Assembly: GCA_036517255.1 (NCBI GenBank)
Contig: DATDXE010000014.1
Span: 75,994-114,608 of the forward strand
Reading direction: 5' to 3'
Length of the DNA stretch: 38,615 bases
Origin: Minisyncoccota bacterium
GTDB lineage: Bacteria; Patescibacteriota; Minisyncoccia; Phycocordibacterales; WO2-35-19
Shown here: positions 15,216 to 23,192 of the stretch, in pieces
How positions within the stretch are numbered: the first letter of the stretch is position 1
How the letters are laid out: each line of letters begins with the position of its first letter
Program-made: the position numbers and the translations under genes
The notes under the pieces: model-generated
Told to the model about the DNA's origin: nothing
What the model saw: only the letters and a program-made list of their open reading frames with translations
Databases searched by the model: none

Positions 15216-15755
15216 GTGGTTACAATTGAAGGTATTTCTGTGGCAACTTCTTTAGCGGTTCCTCAGCCGCTCCTAGTGTTCGAGTCCAGCTTTTACATTC
15301 CAGCCCTCGATTCGAGTCTGTCCTCACATCGCTTTGGCAGGATCGAGGGTTTCCGTCGGGACCCAGATTTTCATCGCGTGGTTCCTACAAGAGAGGGCCC
15401 CACTTTTCGCAGGGAATGCCTGGCCTACACTCTAAACAAGGGTGGCTGTATCTCTCTGGATTTGGTCCTTGCCGCTTACGGTTCTCCCGAAGTGACCGCG
15501 GAAGAACTTTCCGCTCTAGCCATCGAGAAAGGCAGCCACCTTTCATTCAGGCAGATGGAGTGGATTCACGCTAACAGGCGGTCGCTCCTCATGGAGCGCG
15601 ACAATCTTTTCCTTGGTCGAAGCAAGGACGGAAGCATTATGATTTTCGGTCTACGCCAAGAAAGGGATAAGTGGCTTGTTGGGCCTTCCCCCCTTCGAGC
15701 CGGTGAAGTGTGGAATGCAGGCACATCCTTTTTCATGCTCGAGTCCTGGACGTAG
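15216..15755 (+). CDS. Hypothetical protein (orphan)
   Basis: A GTG start lies 9 nt after GGAGG (15202-15206). The ORF is 179 aa with no recognised motif. The sequence looks G+C-richer. Confidence 0.45.
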   Translation: MVTIEGISVATSLAVPQPLLVFESSFYIPALDSSLSSHRFGRIEGFRRDPDFHRVVPTREGPTFRRECLAYTLNKGGCISLDLVLAAYGSPEVTAEELSALAIEKGSHLSFRQMEWIHANRRSLLMERDNLFLGRSKDGSIMIFGLRQERDKWLVGPSPLRAGEVWNAGTSFFMLESWT

Positions 15756-15839
15756 TTCCTAGCGGCCAGTCCCGCCATCTTTTACAGGGTGGCGGGGCGG
15801 TTCTTTTACATTTTTTGTAGTTACCTATACTCTATTGTT

Positions 15840-16649
15840 ATGAATTTAAATTACATCGACATACACTGCCATCTTGATTCTCCTGATTACGGAGAGGAAT
15901 TACCCAAAGTTTTAGAAAGAATGAGAGAAAAAAATATTGGGGCGATCACCATTGGCACTGATCTGGAAAGCTCTCGCCGAGCGGTTCATATTGCGGAAGA
16001 AAACGAAAATATCTGGGCTTGCATCGGGGTGCATCCGATTCCGACTCCCTCTCCTTCGCAAGGAGAGGGTTGGGGTGAGGTCCAGCTTGAATTCGAAAAA
16101 TTAATCCAATCCGCCAGCCGGCGGACCAAAGTCGTCGCTATCGGTGAATGTGGCCTCGATTTTTTCAGAGTCGCCCCAGAGAATTTGGAAAAAGAAAAAG
16201 AAAGACAAACAGCACTTTTCAGAAAACAAATCGAGTTTGCTTTAAAGTACGACAAGCCACTGATGCTTCATTGTAGGCAGGCGTACGATGAGGTGCTTGA
16301 AATCCTGGAGGAGTATAGGGGAGCAAAGCTTAGGGGAGATTGTCATTTTTTTGCAGGGAATGTAGATCAAGCCAAAAGATTTGTTGAGTTGGGTTTCTCT
16401 TGCTCTTTCACTGGGGTCATTACATTTACTCATGATTACGATGAAGTTATAAAATCTTTGCCCCAAGATATGATTATGTCTGAAACCGATGCCCCTTTTG
16501 TCGCTCCAGTTCCTTATAGAGGCAAGAGGAATGAGCCAAGCTATGTCGCAGAAGTAGTAAAAAAGATGGCTGAAATAAGGGGAGAAGAGCTAGAAAATTT
16601 GGCAAAAGTGCTTGTGCACAATGCAGAAAGGCTTTTTGGTTTAAAATGA
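15840..16649 (+). CDS. tatD: TatD family metal-dependent deoxyribonuclease/hydrolase
   Basis: IDIHCHLD, VVAIGECGLDF, PLMLHCRQA, HFFAG and SETDAPF are present. ATG 15840 (MNLNYIDIHCH) is preferred over the upstream ORF-track start. Confidence 0.9.
   Translation: MNLNYIDIHCHLDSPDYGEELPKVLERMREKNIGAITIGTDLESSRRAVHIAEENENIWACIGVHPIPTPSPSQGEGWGEVQLEFEKLIQSASRRTKVVAIGECGLDFFRVAPENLEKEKERQTALFRKQIEFALKYDKPLMLHCRQAYDEVLEILEEYRGAKLRGDCHFFAGNVDQAKRFVELGFSCSFTGVITFTHDYDEVIKSLPQDMIMSETDAPFVAPVPYRGKRNEPSYVAEVVKKMAEIRGEELENLAKVLVHNAERLFGLK
16047..16081 (+). repeat. Family A palindromic element, copy A3, in-frame inside tatD (encodes PSPSQGEGWGEV)
   Basis: The sequence is ccctctccttcgcaaggagagggttggggtgaggt. 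Confidence 0.85.
16109..16125 (+). repeat. Family B mini-palindrome, copy B3, inside tatD (read as SASRR, a different frame from the glyQS copies)
   Basis: The sequence atccgccagccggcgga is identical to B1 and B2. Confidence 0.8.
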
Positions 16650-16664
16650 TAGAATGTCTATATC

Positions 16665-19154
16665 ATGAAAAAAAGCATTTTCTTTCTTATTTTGCTCACT
16701 CTCTTTCTGGTCCCGTCAACCGATAAAGCTGAAGCAGTCGGTTGTCCTGAAGGCTTAGATTTATTTTCCATCACTACGGGAGTCGCTTGTAGAAAAGTTT
16801 ATTTTCCAGGGGACACTTTGCCTCCAATGTGTAGAGAAGATCAGAAATATAATTTTATGGATATTTTTTGTCATTCTTACATGAAGACTAATCCTTTGTT
16901 GCCAGGACAGGAATTGGGGATGCCCGACCAATTTAATGTCAGACAATCAAATGGTGCTTTCCCAGCTGGTTATGGTTGGTTTAAGTATGGAAATTCTGTC
17001 GTTTGGAATGGACCTGGCCCTGAACCTTCTATCAAGCCAATAGCAGAAGATGGATCTCAGGTATGTGATGCCGTGAGATCTCTTATTGCCGGGAGAAATG
17101 TTTTTGAAACTAGGCCCAATAATGGCGTGGGTCTATTGGATTTCGGTGATGCGAGTAGTCGTTATGATTTTGAGGGAGCTCATGCTTGTAACTTGGAATG
17201 GACAGCAAGACAATGTGGTTTAACTATTCCTGATGTTGTCGCAAACAAGGTTTTTGATCCTTCTTACCTCGGTACTTCTTATCGCACTTCTTGCCAATCT
17301 GCGACTGATCCTGCGGGTGCCCCATCGAGTAGTTCTGGTGTCGGTAGTGGTAATCAGGTGCCGCCACCTAGCAGTAATCAGGTTTCTCCTCCATCTACCC
17401 AAACTCTGCCTCCTGTTTCTGGAGCGGGTGGCCCAAGCTCTTATGTGAGTGGGGCCTTGGGCATAGTAAATACTACCCTTGATCGGATTCTAAATCCGAA
17501 CAGAACTCCAGCTAATCAATCTCAGGGTACTAGCGTTACTATAAATGTAAATAAGCTCAACGTGCGATCTGCCTCGAATACGACTGCTCCTGTCGTAAGG
17601 CAGTTATCGAGTAACACTACCTATGTGCTTTCCTGTTACGTTTTAGGAGAAACAGTTGATGGTTCAAACAAGTGGTGGAAAACTGTTGATGGTAATTATG
17701 TTTGGGGTGGGGGGGTTATAGAAAGTTCGGGAGGAGCTACTCTCTGTGCCGGCGCAGTATCTGATGTTCCTGTAGTCCAAGCGCCACCTTCTAGTTTTGT
17801 CACACCTCCTTTAGTCAGTCTTCCTAATGCAGGACCATCGATAGATGCTGAGCCTCTTTCAACCAAATTTACGTCTGGTCAAAAAGTTCAAACAAATTCC
17901 AATTTAAATGTAAGAGGTAGCGCTTCTGTAAATGGGACTTTACTTGGATTACAAAATACAGGTTCGACAGGCACGGTGATAGGAGGTGGGTTATTTGTCG
18001 GCGGCTATTATTGGTGGAATATAAATTATGATAATGGTGTCGATGGCTGGAGTGCAGAAAGTTTCTTAAATATTTTCTCCGCATCTCCACCTGTGGCTGA
18101 TTCTACTCTTCCTCCACCTCCTCTTCCTAAAGATGTTCCACCTCCTGGAGCGAGTTCTGTTACGAATAGCAATATTGGAATTTATTTCTGGGGAGGTACT
18201 CTCGATAGTCCTGGTTCAAATATCATCCAAGCTGGAGCAAATTTAGTTAAAAATCTTGGAGTGGATAAAATACGTTTTGCGTTAAGTGTTAAGTCGGACA
18301 AAGATTATAGTGGAGGGGTTATGGTTAGTAATTTCTCTTTAGTCAACCTAGCCAAAAGAGATGATTTTACTTCCATCATATCCGATCCCCAGTTTAAGAC
18401 GATCATGATCACTGCTTACGATGGAGTTTCTTTACCGCACGAATATATCCCAAATCTGCTAGATCCAGCTTTTATGTCGGCAAGTAGTAATATTGAAAAA
18501 ATAAAGAATGAGTACAGAGATTTGGCCAACTACCTGAAGGGTTTTTCTGGAAAAACATTTATCATTTCAAACTGGGAGGGCGATAATACTGTCTACTGTG
18601 GTTCTTCTTACGACACTACTGCTGAAAAATGTCCCAATCATGCAAATAATATAGAAGCTTTCAGAAGGTGGGTAAACGCTTACGCCGATGGCATCAGGCT
18701 TGCGGGAGCGAGTAATGTTTTTAGCGCTGTCGAATTCAATCAAGTCAATCTTTTAAAAAATAAAGGTTTGCCGAGCATTCTCTACGATGTCGTACCACAA
18801 GTGAATACTGATTATGTTTCTTACTCTTCTTACGAATCACTTGACCCGATCATTTCTGGTAATGGTGGCAATACTCTTTCTACTGATATCGACACTATTA
18901 TTAGTGTTTCCGGTAGACCTCTAAGTAAAATTATAATTGGTGAATATGGATTTGCGCGTGGAACGGCCGAACAAAATAAAGGTTATCTGAAGGTTGCTAC
19001 CGAAACTATTCAAGCAAAAGGAGTTCCTAATTACTTTGTCTGGGCTCTTCTCGACTATCCTTCCGGTTTCGGTCTTGTTTATCCTTCAGGAGCAAAGACC
19101 CCTGCGGGTACATATGTATGTGAAGTAGCTGGCGGGGTAAACTGTAGTCAATAG
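16665..19154 (+). CDS. Secreted multidomain protein: Cys-rich N-domain, two SH3b-like domains, C-terminal TIM-barrel glycoside-hydrolase-like domain
   Basis: The signal peptide is MKKSIFFLILLTLFLVPSTDKAEA. P/S-rich linkers separate the domains. SH3b-like repeats are LNVRSASNTTAPVVRQL...WWKTVDGNYVWGG and LNVRGSASVNGTLLG...WWNINYDNGVDGWSAESFL. The C-terminal region has FIISNWEGDN and IIIGEYGF, resembling clan GH-A acid/base and nucleophile strands. Confidence 0.55.
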   Translation: MKKSIFFLILLTLFLVPSTDKAEAVGCPEGLDLFSITTGVACRKVYFPGDTLPPMCREDQKYNFMDIFCHSYMKTNPLLPGQELGMPDQFNVRQSNGAFPAGYGWFKYGNSVVWNGPGPEPSIKPIAEDGSQVCDAVRSLIAGRNVFETRPNNGVGLLDFGDASSRYDFEGAHACNLEWTARQCGLTIPDVVANKVFDPSYLGTSYRTSCQSATDPAGAPSSSSGVGSGNQVPPPSSNQVSPPSTQTLPPVSGAGGPSSYVSGALGIVNTTLDRILNPNRTPANQSQGTSVTINVNKLNVRSASNTTAPVVRQLSSNTTYVLSCYVLGETVDGSNKWWKTVDGNYVWGGGVIESSGGATLCAGAVSDVPVVQAPPSSFVTPPLVSLPNAGPSIDAEPLSTKFTSGQKVQTNSNLNVRGSASVNGTLLGLQNTGSTGTVIGGGLFVGGYYWWNINYDNGVDGWSAESFLNIFSASPPVADSTLPPPPLPKDVPPPGASSVTNSNIGIYFWGGTLDSPGSNIIQAGANLVKNLGVDKIRFALSVKSDKDYSGGVMVSNFSLVNLAKRDDFTSIISDPQFKTIMITAYDGVSLPHEYIPNLLDPAFMSASSNIEKIKNEYRDLANYLKGFSGKTFIISNWEGDNTVYCGSSYDTTAEKCPNHANNIEAFRRWVNAYADGIRLAGASNVFSAVEFNQVNLLKNKGLPSILYDVVPQVNTDYVSYSSYESLDPIISGNGGNTLSTDIDTIISVSGRPLSKIIIGEYGFARGTAEQNKGYLKVATETIQAKGVPNYFVWALLDYPSGFGLVYPSGAKTPAGTYVCEVAGGVNCSQ

Positions 19155-19173
19155 GATTTGGCGTACGCTGTTT

Positions 19174-19959
19174 TTATTTGAGAACTTTTTTTAGGGCTGG
19201 CTCTTGAATAATAAGGTGACCACTACCAAAAGCCACGAAGATACTTTTACCCTCATTCCAATATCTTTCGATTTCTGAAGCGACATTTGCATCTCTCAAA
19301 TCACTTTGAGCTCGTGCAATCTTATTTACAGCAGTTTCGGTTCTATTTGGATTTACTAAATCATTAAAATTGTCGTTTTGGTCAAATTCTTTTCCAATAT
19401 TTTCTTTATATAATTGTTTCATTCTTTCAAAAGAAGTGTCCATACCTTCCCAAATTTTTCTTTTATTTTGAGTTTCGAGCCAAGAAGAAGTATATTTTTC
19501 AAAATCAGGCTTTGGGTCAGATTGTCCTCTCCATTGATTCGCAAAACTTAAAAAATAATATAACAGAACAACCTCTTTTGAATTATTAGGAAGAAGTTTA
19601 ACTAAATCATTATCTATAATATCAGGACAGTCTACTGGTATATTGGCCTGGTGAGCAAAGAAGGTGACCAGTCCTGCTTCCGAATCTTCCTTAATCGCTT
19701 TTTCCTCGTTATTCGCAGGTCGTCGCAAACCACCCTCTACTAATACAATTCTGTCTCGGTCTTCCGTGGATTTTAAAAACTTATTCCAATATTTACGAAG
19801 TACTGAATATTGAGAGTCATTTGGATCTCTTGAATGATTCGCTCCAAAATAAAAAAGTAATTGTTTATAATTCTCGATCTCAAACATAAATGGTGCCCGG
19901 CCATGTTTTTTATGGACCTCGCGGTATTGTTCTCTGGGAAGTAAAAGGGATATATCCAT
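19174..19959 (-). CDS. Hypothetical protein, possibly of the TraB/GumN/TIKI-like superfamily
   Basis: LFYFGANHS (GxxH), VLVEGG and FVAFGSGHLI (GxGHL) resemble TraB/GumN signature positions. This is a weak, motif-only call. Confidence 0.35.
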   Translation of the reverse strand: MDISLLLPREQYREVHKKHGRAPFMFEIENYKQLLFYFGANHSRDPNDSQYSVLRKYWNKFLKSTEDRDRIVLVEGGLRRPANNEEKAIKEDSEAGLVTFFAHQANIPVDCPDIIDNDLVKLLPNNSKEVVLLYYFLSFANQWRGQSDPKPDFEKYTSSWLETQNKRKIWEGMDTSFERMKQLYKENIGKEFDQNDNFNDLVNPNRTETAVNKIARAQSDLRDANVASEIERYWNEGKSIFVAFGSGHLIIQEPALKKVLK

Positions 19960-20146
19960 ATATATGTAGGTTACATATTATATCAGACAGATTGAAGTGC
20001 GACTTCCTCGCTGTATCATATTGTAAATATGCCAAATAAGTGTTAATGTGGCTTCTCGGGATCGAAGTGGCAATTTTATAATAACAACCATTTCTCCCTC
20101 TTATCATTTTTGCAGAAAGTGTTGAGGGGTCCCCCGAAATTAATAT

Positions 20147-20629
20147 ATGAAAGATACAGAAGCGAAGAGGGAAGTTTATGAAGTGAGTTTTCATTGTTTA
20201 CCGACTGCAGAGGAGGTAGGAGCAGTCGAGGTAGCTACAAAAATAAAGTCTGCCATAACTGAAAGGGGAGGGGAAGTAATTTCCCAAGGGGAGGTAGAGC
20301 CCATGACTCTCTCCTATGAGATGGTTAAAAAGATAGATTCCAAGAACCACACGTTTTCCAAATCTTATTTTGGGTGGGTGAAGTTTGAGTTGGATACAAA
20401 TCTCTTACAAGAGATCAAATCTCTTATTGAATCTCTTCCAGAAATTCTTCGTTATCTTCTAGTGAAAACGGTTAGAGAAAATACCATGCCATATCCTAAG
20501 GCTCCTTTAGCAAGGAGAGAAGTTCCAGAAATTAAGGAAGAAGTGTTGAGCGCTCCAATCGAAGTCGAGAAGAAAGAAATTTCCGAAGAGGAAATTGATA
20601 AAAGTATCGACGCTCTTGTTGTAAGTTAA
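20147..20629 (+). CDS. rpsF: 30S ribosomal protein S6 with a C-terminal extension
   Basis: YEVSF...MTLSYEM...GWVKFELD...RYLLVKT is the S6 pattern. The gene sits in the conserved rpsF-ssb-rpsR order. Confidence 0.85.
   Translation: MKDTEAKREVYEVSFHCLPTAEEVGAVEVATKIKSAITERGGEVISQGEVEPMTLSYEMVKKIDSKNHTFSKSYFGWVKFELDTNLLQEIKSLIESLPEILRYLLVKTVRENTMPYPKAPLARREVPEIKEEVLSAPIEVEKKEISEEEIDKSIDALVVS
20502..20519 (+). repeat. Degenerate family A-like palindrome inside the rpsF C-terminal extension
   Basis: ctcctttagcaaggagag differs from the A1 core ctcctttgcaaggagag by one inserted base. The outer arms and tail are absent. Confidence 0.45.
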
Positions 20630-20685
20630 ATGATTGAAAATTATACTTTATAAACATTTGACTTTATAACTTTAAAACTTAAATC

Positions 20686-21144
20686 ATGTACATCAACAAA
20701 GCAATCCTCTATGGCAACCTCACTCGCGATCCAGAGTTGCGCTCCCTTCCATCCGGTTCTCAAGTTACGGAGATAGGGGTGGCCACAAACAGAGTTTGGA
20801 AGGATAAGAACGGAGCTAAGCAGGAATCAGCTGAGTTCCACAATGTTGTCGCTTTCGGCAAGCAGGCAGAACTGATCGCTCAATATCTTCGTAAGGGTCA
20901 GCCCATCTTCCTCGAAGGCAGGATCCAAACTCGAAGTTGGGATGCCCAGGATGGTACCAAAAAGTACAGGACTGAAATCGTGCTTGATAATTTCCAGTTC
21001 GGGCCTAAGTCTATGGGTGGAGGAGCTTCGACTTACGATAAGTCAGCTTCAGCAGTTCCTGCTAAAAAAGAAGAGGATAAAAACAATAGTTCAGTGATCG
21101 ATTATCCAGAGGAAGAAGTAAATGCTGAGGATATCCCGTTTTAG
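20686..21144 (+). CDS. ssb: Single-stranded DNA-binding protein
   Basis: The OB-fold N-terminus reads NKAILYGNLTRDPELR...FHNVVAFGKQAE...FLEGRIQTRSW. The acidic C-terminal tip is EDIPF. Confidence 0.93.
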   Translation: MYINKAILYGNLTRDPELRSLPSGSQVTEIGVATNRVWKDKNGAKQESAEFHNVVAFGKQAELIAQYLRKGQPIFLEGRIQTRSWDAQDGTKKYRTEIVLDNFQFGPKSMGGGASTYDKSASAVPAKKEEDKNNSSVIDYPEEEVNAEDIPF

Positions 21145-21220
21145 AAACTAATTAAAAGAAGCAAAGATGGAAAAAAGAAAAAATTAATCTTTCCATCTTT
21201 AAATCTTTCCATCATTCAAT

Positions 21221-21427
21221 ATGAAATCAAATAACTGTTACTTCAAGCAGAATGGCATCAAATACATAGATTATAAAGATACGGAACTCTTGAAAAAGTT
21301 TCTCAACCCTCATGGCAGGATACTCTCTAGTAAGAGGACTGGTACGTCAGCCAAATATCAAAGACTTCTATCCGAATCTATAAAAAGAGCTAGATTCATG
21401 GGCTTGCTTCCATATATCAGTAGATAA
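21221..21427 (+). CDS. rpsR: 30S ribosomal protein S18
   Basis: [50 protein letters not shown] is the S18 pattern. Confidence 0.93.
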   Translation: MKSNNCYFKQNGIKYIDYKDTELLKKFLNPHGRILSSKRTGTSAKYQRLLSESIKRARFMGLLPYISR

Positions 21428-21448
21428 GAAGGGTGTTATCATTAATGA

Positions 21449-21808
21449 ATGAGAGAAAAGCTTCAGCTTAAGAAGATAATCTTAGCCGCTCTTTTTGTTG
21501 CTCTAGGCATTTTGATTTTGAAATTCTTACCCATGATTATTTGGGGCAAGGGAATACTTTTCGATGCTTCCCTACATATCGCCACTGCTTGTCTTGCCCT
21601 ATACATTATTTGGTTTTTTGTCGATCAGAATGAAGAGTGGCACTTACCGTTTTTTGTCTTCAGTGCTCTTATCCTCTTTGTTATATCTGTTCAGCGCATT
21701 ATAGCCGATGCTCATAACGACATTGGCCTCCTCCTCGGCTTGCTTATTGCAGTTGGTTCCGTTGCTATTGTCGAAAGGAAAAATTTGAAAGGGAAGGTTA
21801 AGTTTTGA
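21449..21808 (+). CDS. Small polytopic membrane protein (weak PAP2-like C2/C3 motif resemblance)
   Basis: There are about four hydrophobic segments. ASLH and QRIIADAHND loosely resemble the PAP2 motifs PSGH and SRxxxxxHxxxD. Confidence 0.4.
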   Translation: MREKLQLKKIILAALFVALGILILKFLPMIIWGKGILFDASLHIATACLALYIIWFFVDQNEEWHLPFFVFSALILFVISVQRIIADAHNDIGLLLGLLIAVGSVAIVERKNLKGKVKF

Positions 21809-21820
21809 TCATACTCGTCC

Positions 21821-21846
21821 GCCCTTCGGCCTGCTGGCCTCAGGAT
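21821..21846 (-). repeat. Family C intergenic motif, copy C3
   Basis: The reverse complement atcctgaggccagcaggccgaagggc shares the ATCCTGAG...GAAGGGC flanks with 31353-31374 and 35662-35695. Confidence 0.6.
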
Positions 21847-21855
21847 CTCACTCGT

Positions 21856-22416
21856 CTACACTCGTTCGACGTACTCTCCAGTTTCCGTGTTGATTCTTAT
21901 GATGTCACCTTCGTTTACGAATAGGGGAGTATTGACCGAAGCACCACCTTCTACTGTTACTACTTTGTTACCACCTTGAGCGGTATTGCCCTTAGTCGAA
22001 GGTGGCGCTTCGGTTACTTTCAATTCTACCTTGATCGGTAATTTCATTCCTATGATTTTTTCTTCAAAAATCAGCGCTTTAGCTACGGCATTTGTTTTTA
22101 AAAATTTGGCTCCTACGCCTACCTGCTCTTTTGTTAGAGGGAATCTTTTTGAAGCATCTTTTACTTCATTGAACCAGTATTCGCCCTTGGCTTCATAAAT
22201 AAATTTTATATCTTTACTCTCAAGCTCGGCTTCTTCGGCTTTTTCAGAAACATGAAAAGAGTTCTCTGTTATTCTTCCGGTAATCAAGTTTCGTAGTTTG
22301 GTAGCGTTCACAGGCTTCCTCTGTTGTTTTCTAAAAACATGGGCACTCAAAACCTCCCATGGCTCTCCATTAAAAATAATAAATTTCCCGACTGTAATTT
22401 CGTTGTATTCTAACAC
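21856..22416 (-). CDS. efp: Elongation factor P
   Basis: KFIIFNGEPWEVL, KPVNATKLRNLITGR and TPLFVNEGDIIRINTETGEYVERV are present. A GTG start at 22416 gives 186 aa, typical of EF-P. The longer ORF-track start adds a non-homologous N-terminus. Confidence 0.88.
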   Translation of the reverse strand: MLEYNEITVGKFIIFNGEPWEVLSAHVFRKQQRKPVNATKLRNLITGRITENSFHVSEKAEEAELESKDIKFIYEAKGEYWFNEVKDASKRFPLTKEQVGVGAKFLKTNAVAKALIFEEKIIGMKLPIKVELKVTEAPPSTKGNTAQGGNKVVTVEGGASVNTPLFVNEGDIIRINTETGEYVERV

Positions 22417-22452
22417 CTCAAAACTATAGCCTAAAATAAGGCCAATATACAC

Positions 22453-22481
22453 TTGACTAATATAGCAAAAAGGTGTATAAT
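22453..22481 (+). promoter_or_regulatory. Consensus sigma-70 promoter
   Basis: TTGACT (22453-22458), a 17-nt spacer ending in GGTG, then TATAAT (22476-22481). GAGGTGG and the ATG at 22498 follow. Confidence 0.6.
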
Positions 22482-22497
22482 TGAAGTAGAGGTGGTT

Positions 22498-22791
22498 ATG
22501 ACCCAAGAAGAGATTTTCGAGATGGTTTCTGATCTCTGGCGGGGACGAAAGTTGTCCTTGTCAGAACGTGAGTATTCGGCAATTACTGCCAATACTGCCG
22601 ACGCCAATGAGGCGGTTCGGAAAGCTTCGGTCTACTTTTCCGTAACTGAGGATGTTATATACGGGGAGGTAGAAAATGTACGAAGCAATACCCACGACCA
22701 GAGGCAGTGGATTAAGCAGTCAAGGCAGGAACGCCAGATGATTCTTTCTGGAGGAGTGCCTCCCTCTGTGTTTTATCAGAGATGGCGCTAA
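22498..22791 (+). CDS. Small orphan hypothetical protein (97 aa)
   Basis: The ATG follows a GAGGTGG RBS. The gene looks G+C-richer than its flanks and lies on the opposite strand to the genes on both sides. Confidence 0.45.
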   Translation: MTQEEIFEMVSDLWRGRKLSLSEREYSAITANTADANEAVRKASVYFSVTEDVIYGEVENVRSNTHDQRQWIKQSRQERQMILSGGVPPSVFYQRWR

Positions 22792-22838
22792 GAACAAACC
22801 GGCGAGAGCGGGAAACCAGCTCCACCGGTTTTCTGCTT

Positions 22839-23180
22839 TTATTTTATTCCAGCTTTATGTTCTAGGCGTGCTACTCTAGAATTAAGATTACGAATTTCAT
22901 TTTGCATGAGTGAGGAAACTCTCATAAGCGGCCCAAGTATTTTTTCAATAGCTTCCAATCTTTGATCCACAGTTCTTAATTTGTTATCAATATTGAATAA
23001 TGTTGTGTTTATTTCATCTTTGAAATCTCCAAACTCTGTTTTAGAAACCATATTGTCAAAACCATTTTTGGCAGAAATAGCCAAACTATCAACAGTATCA
23101 GAAACATCGTTGATAGATCCAAGGATTTCTCTCAAGGTAGGCTCTTTTGTTTTAACTGCTTTCTTTTTCATGATTGCCAA
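22839..23180 (-). CDS. Coiled-coil hypothetical protein, last gene of the ftsK-recA operon
   Basis: Heptad-like sequence runs through it (LRTVDQRLEAIEKILGPL..., NEIRNLNSRVARLEHK). It starts 13 nt after the recA stop. Confidence 0.5.
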   Translation of the reverse strand: MAIMKKKAVKTKEPTLREILGSINDVSDTVDSLAISAKNGFDNMVSKTEFGDFKDEINTTLFNIDNKLRTVDQRLEAIEKILGPLMRVSSLMQNEIRNLNSRVARLEHKAGIK

Positions 23181-23192
23181 TTATATCCTAAT

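Noticed and set aside
15270-15295. The tRNA T-loop-like string GTTCGAGTCC.
   Set aside because: No complementary T-stem, acceptor stem or anticodon arm can be drawn around it, and it lies inside an ORF. I found no convincing tRNA anywhere in the window.
21856-22506. Upstream extensions of ORF-track starts for efp (to 22506), metG (13070), tatD (15789), the PKD protein (29946), the 22453 ORF and the 14670 ORF.
   Set aside because: The extended N-termini do not resemble the respective families. In several cases they run through promoter or terminator elements. Internal starts with better RBS or family alignment were used instead.
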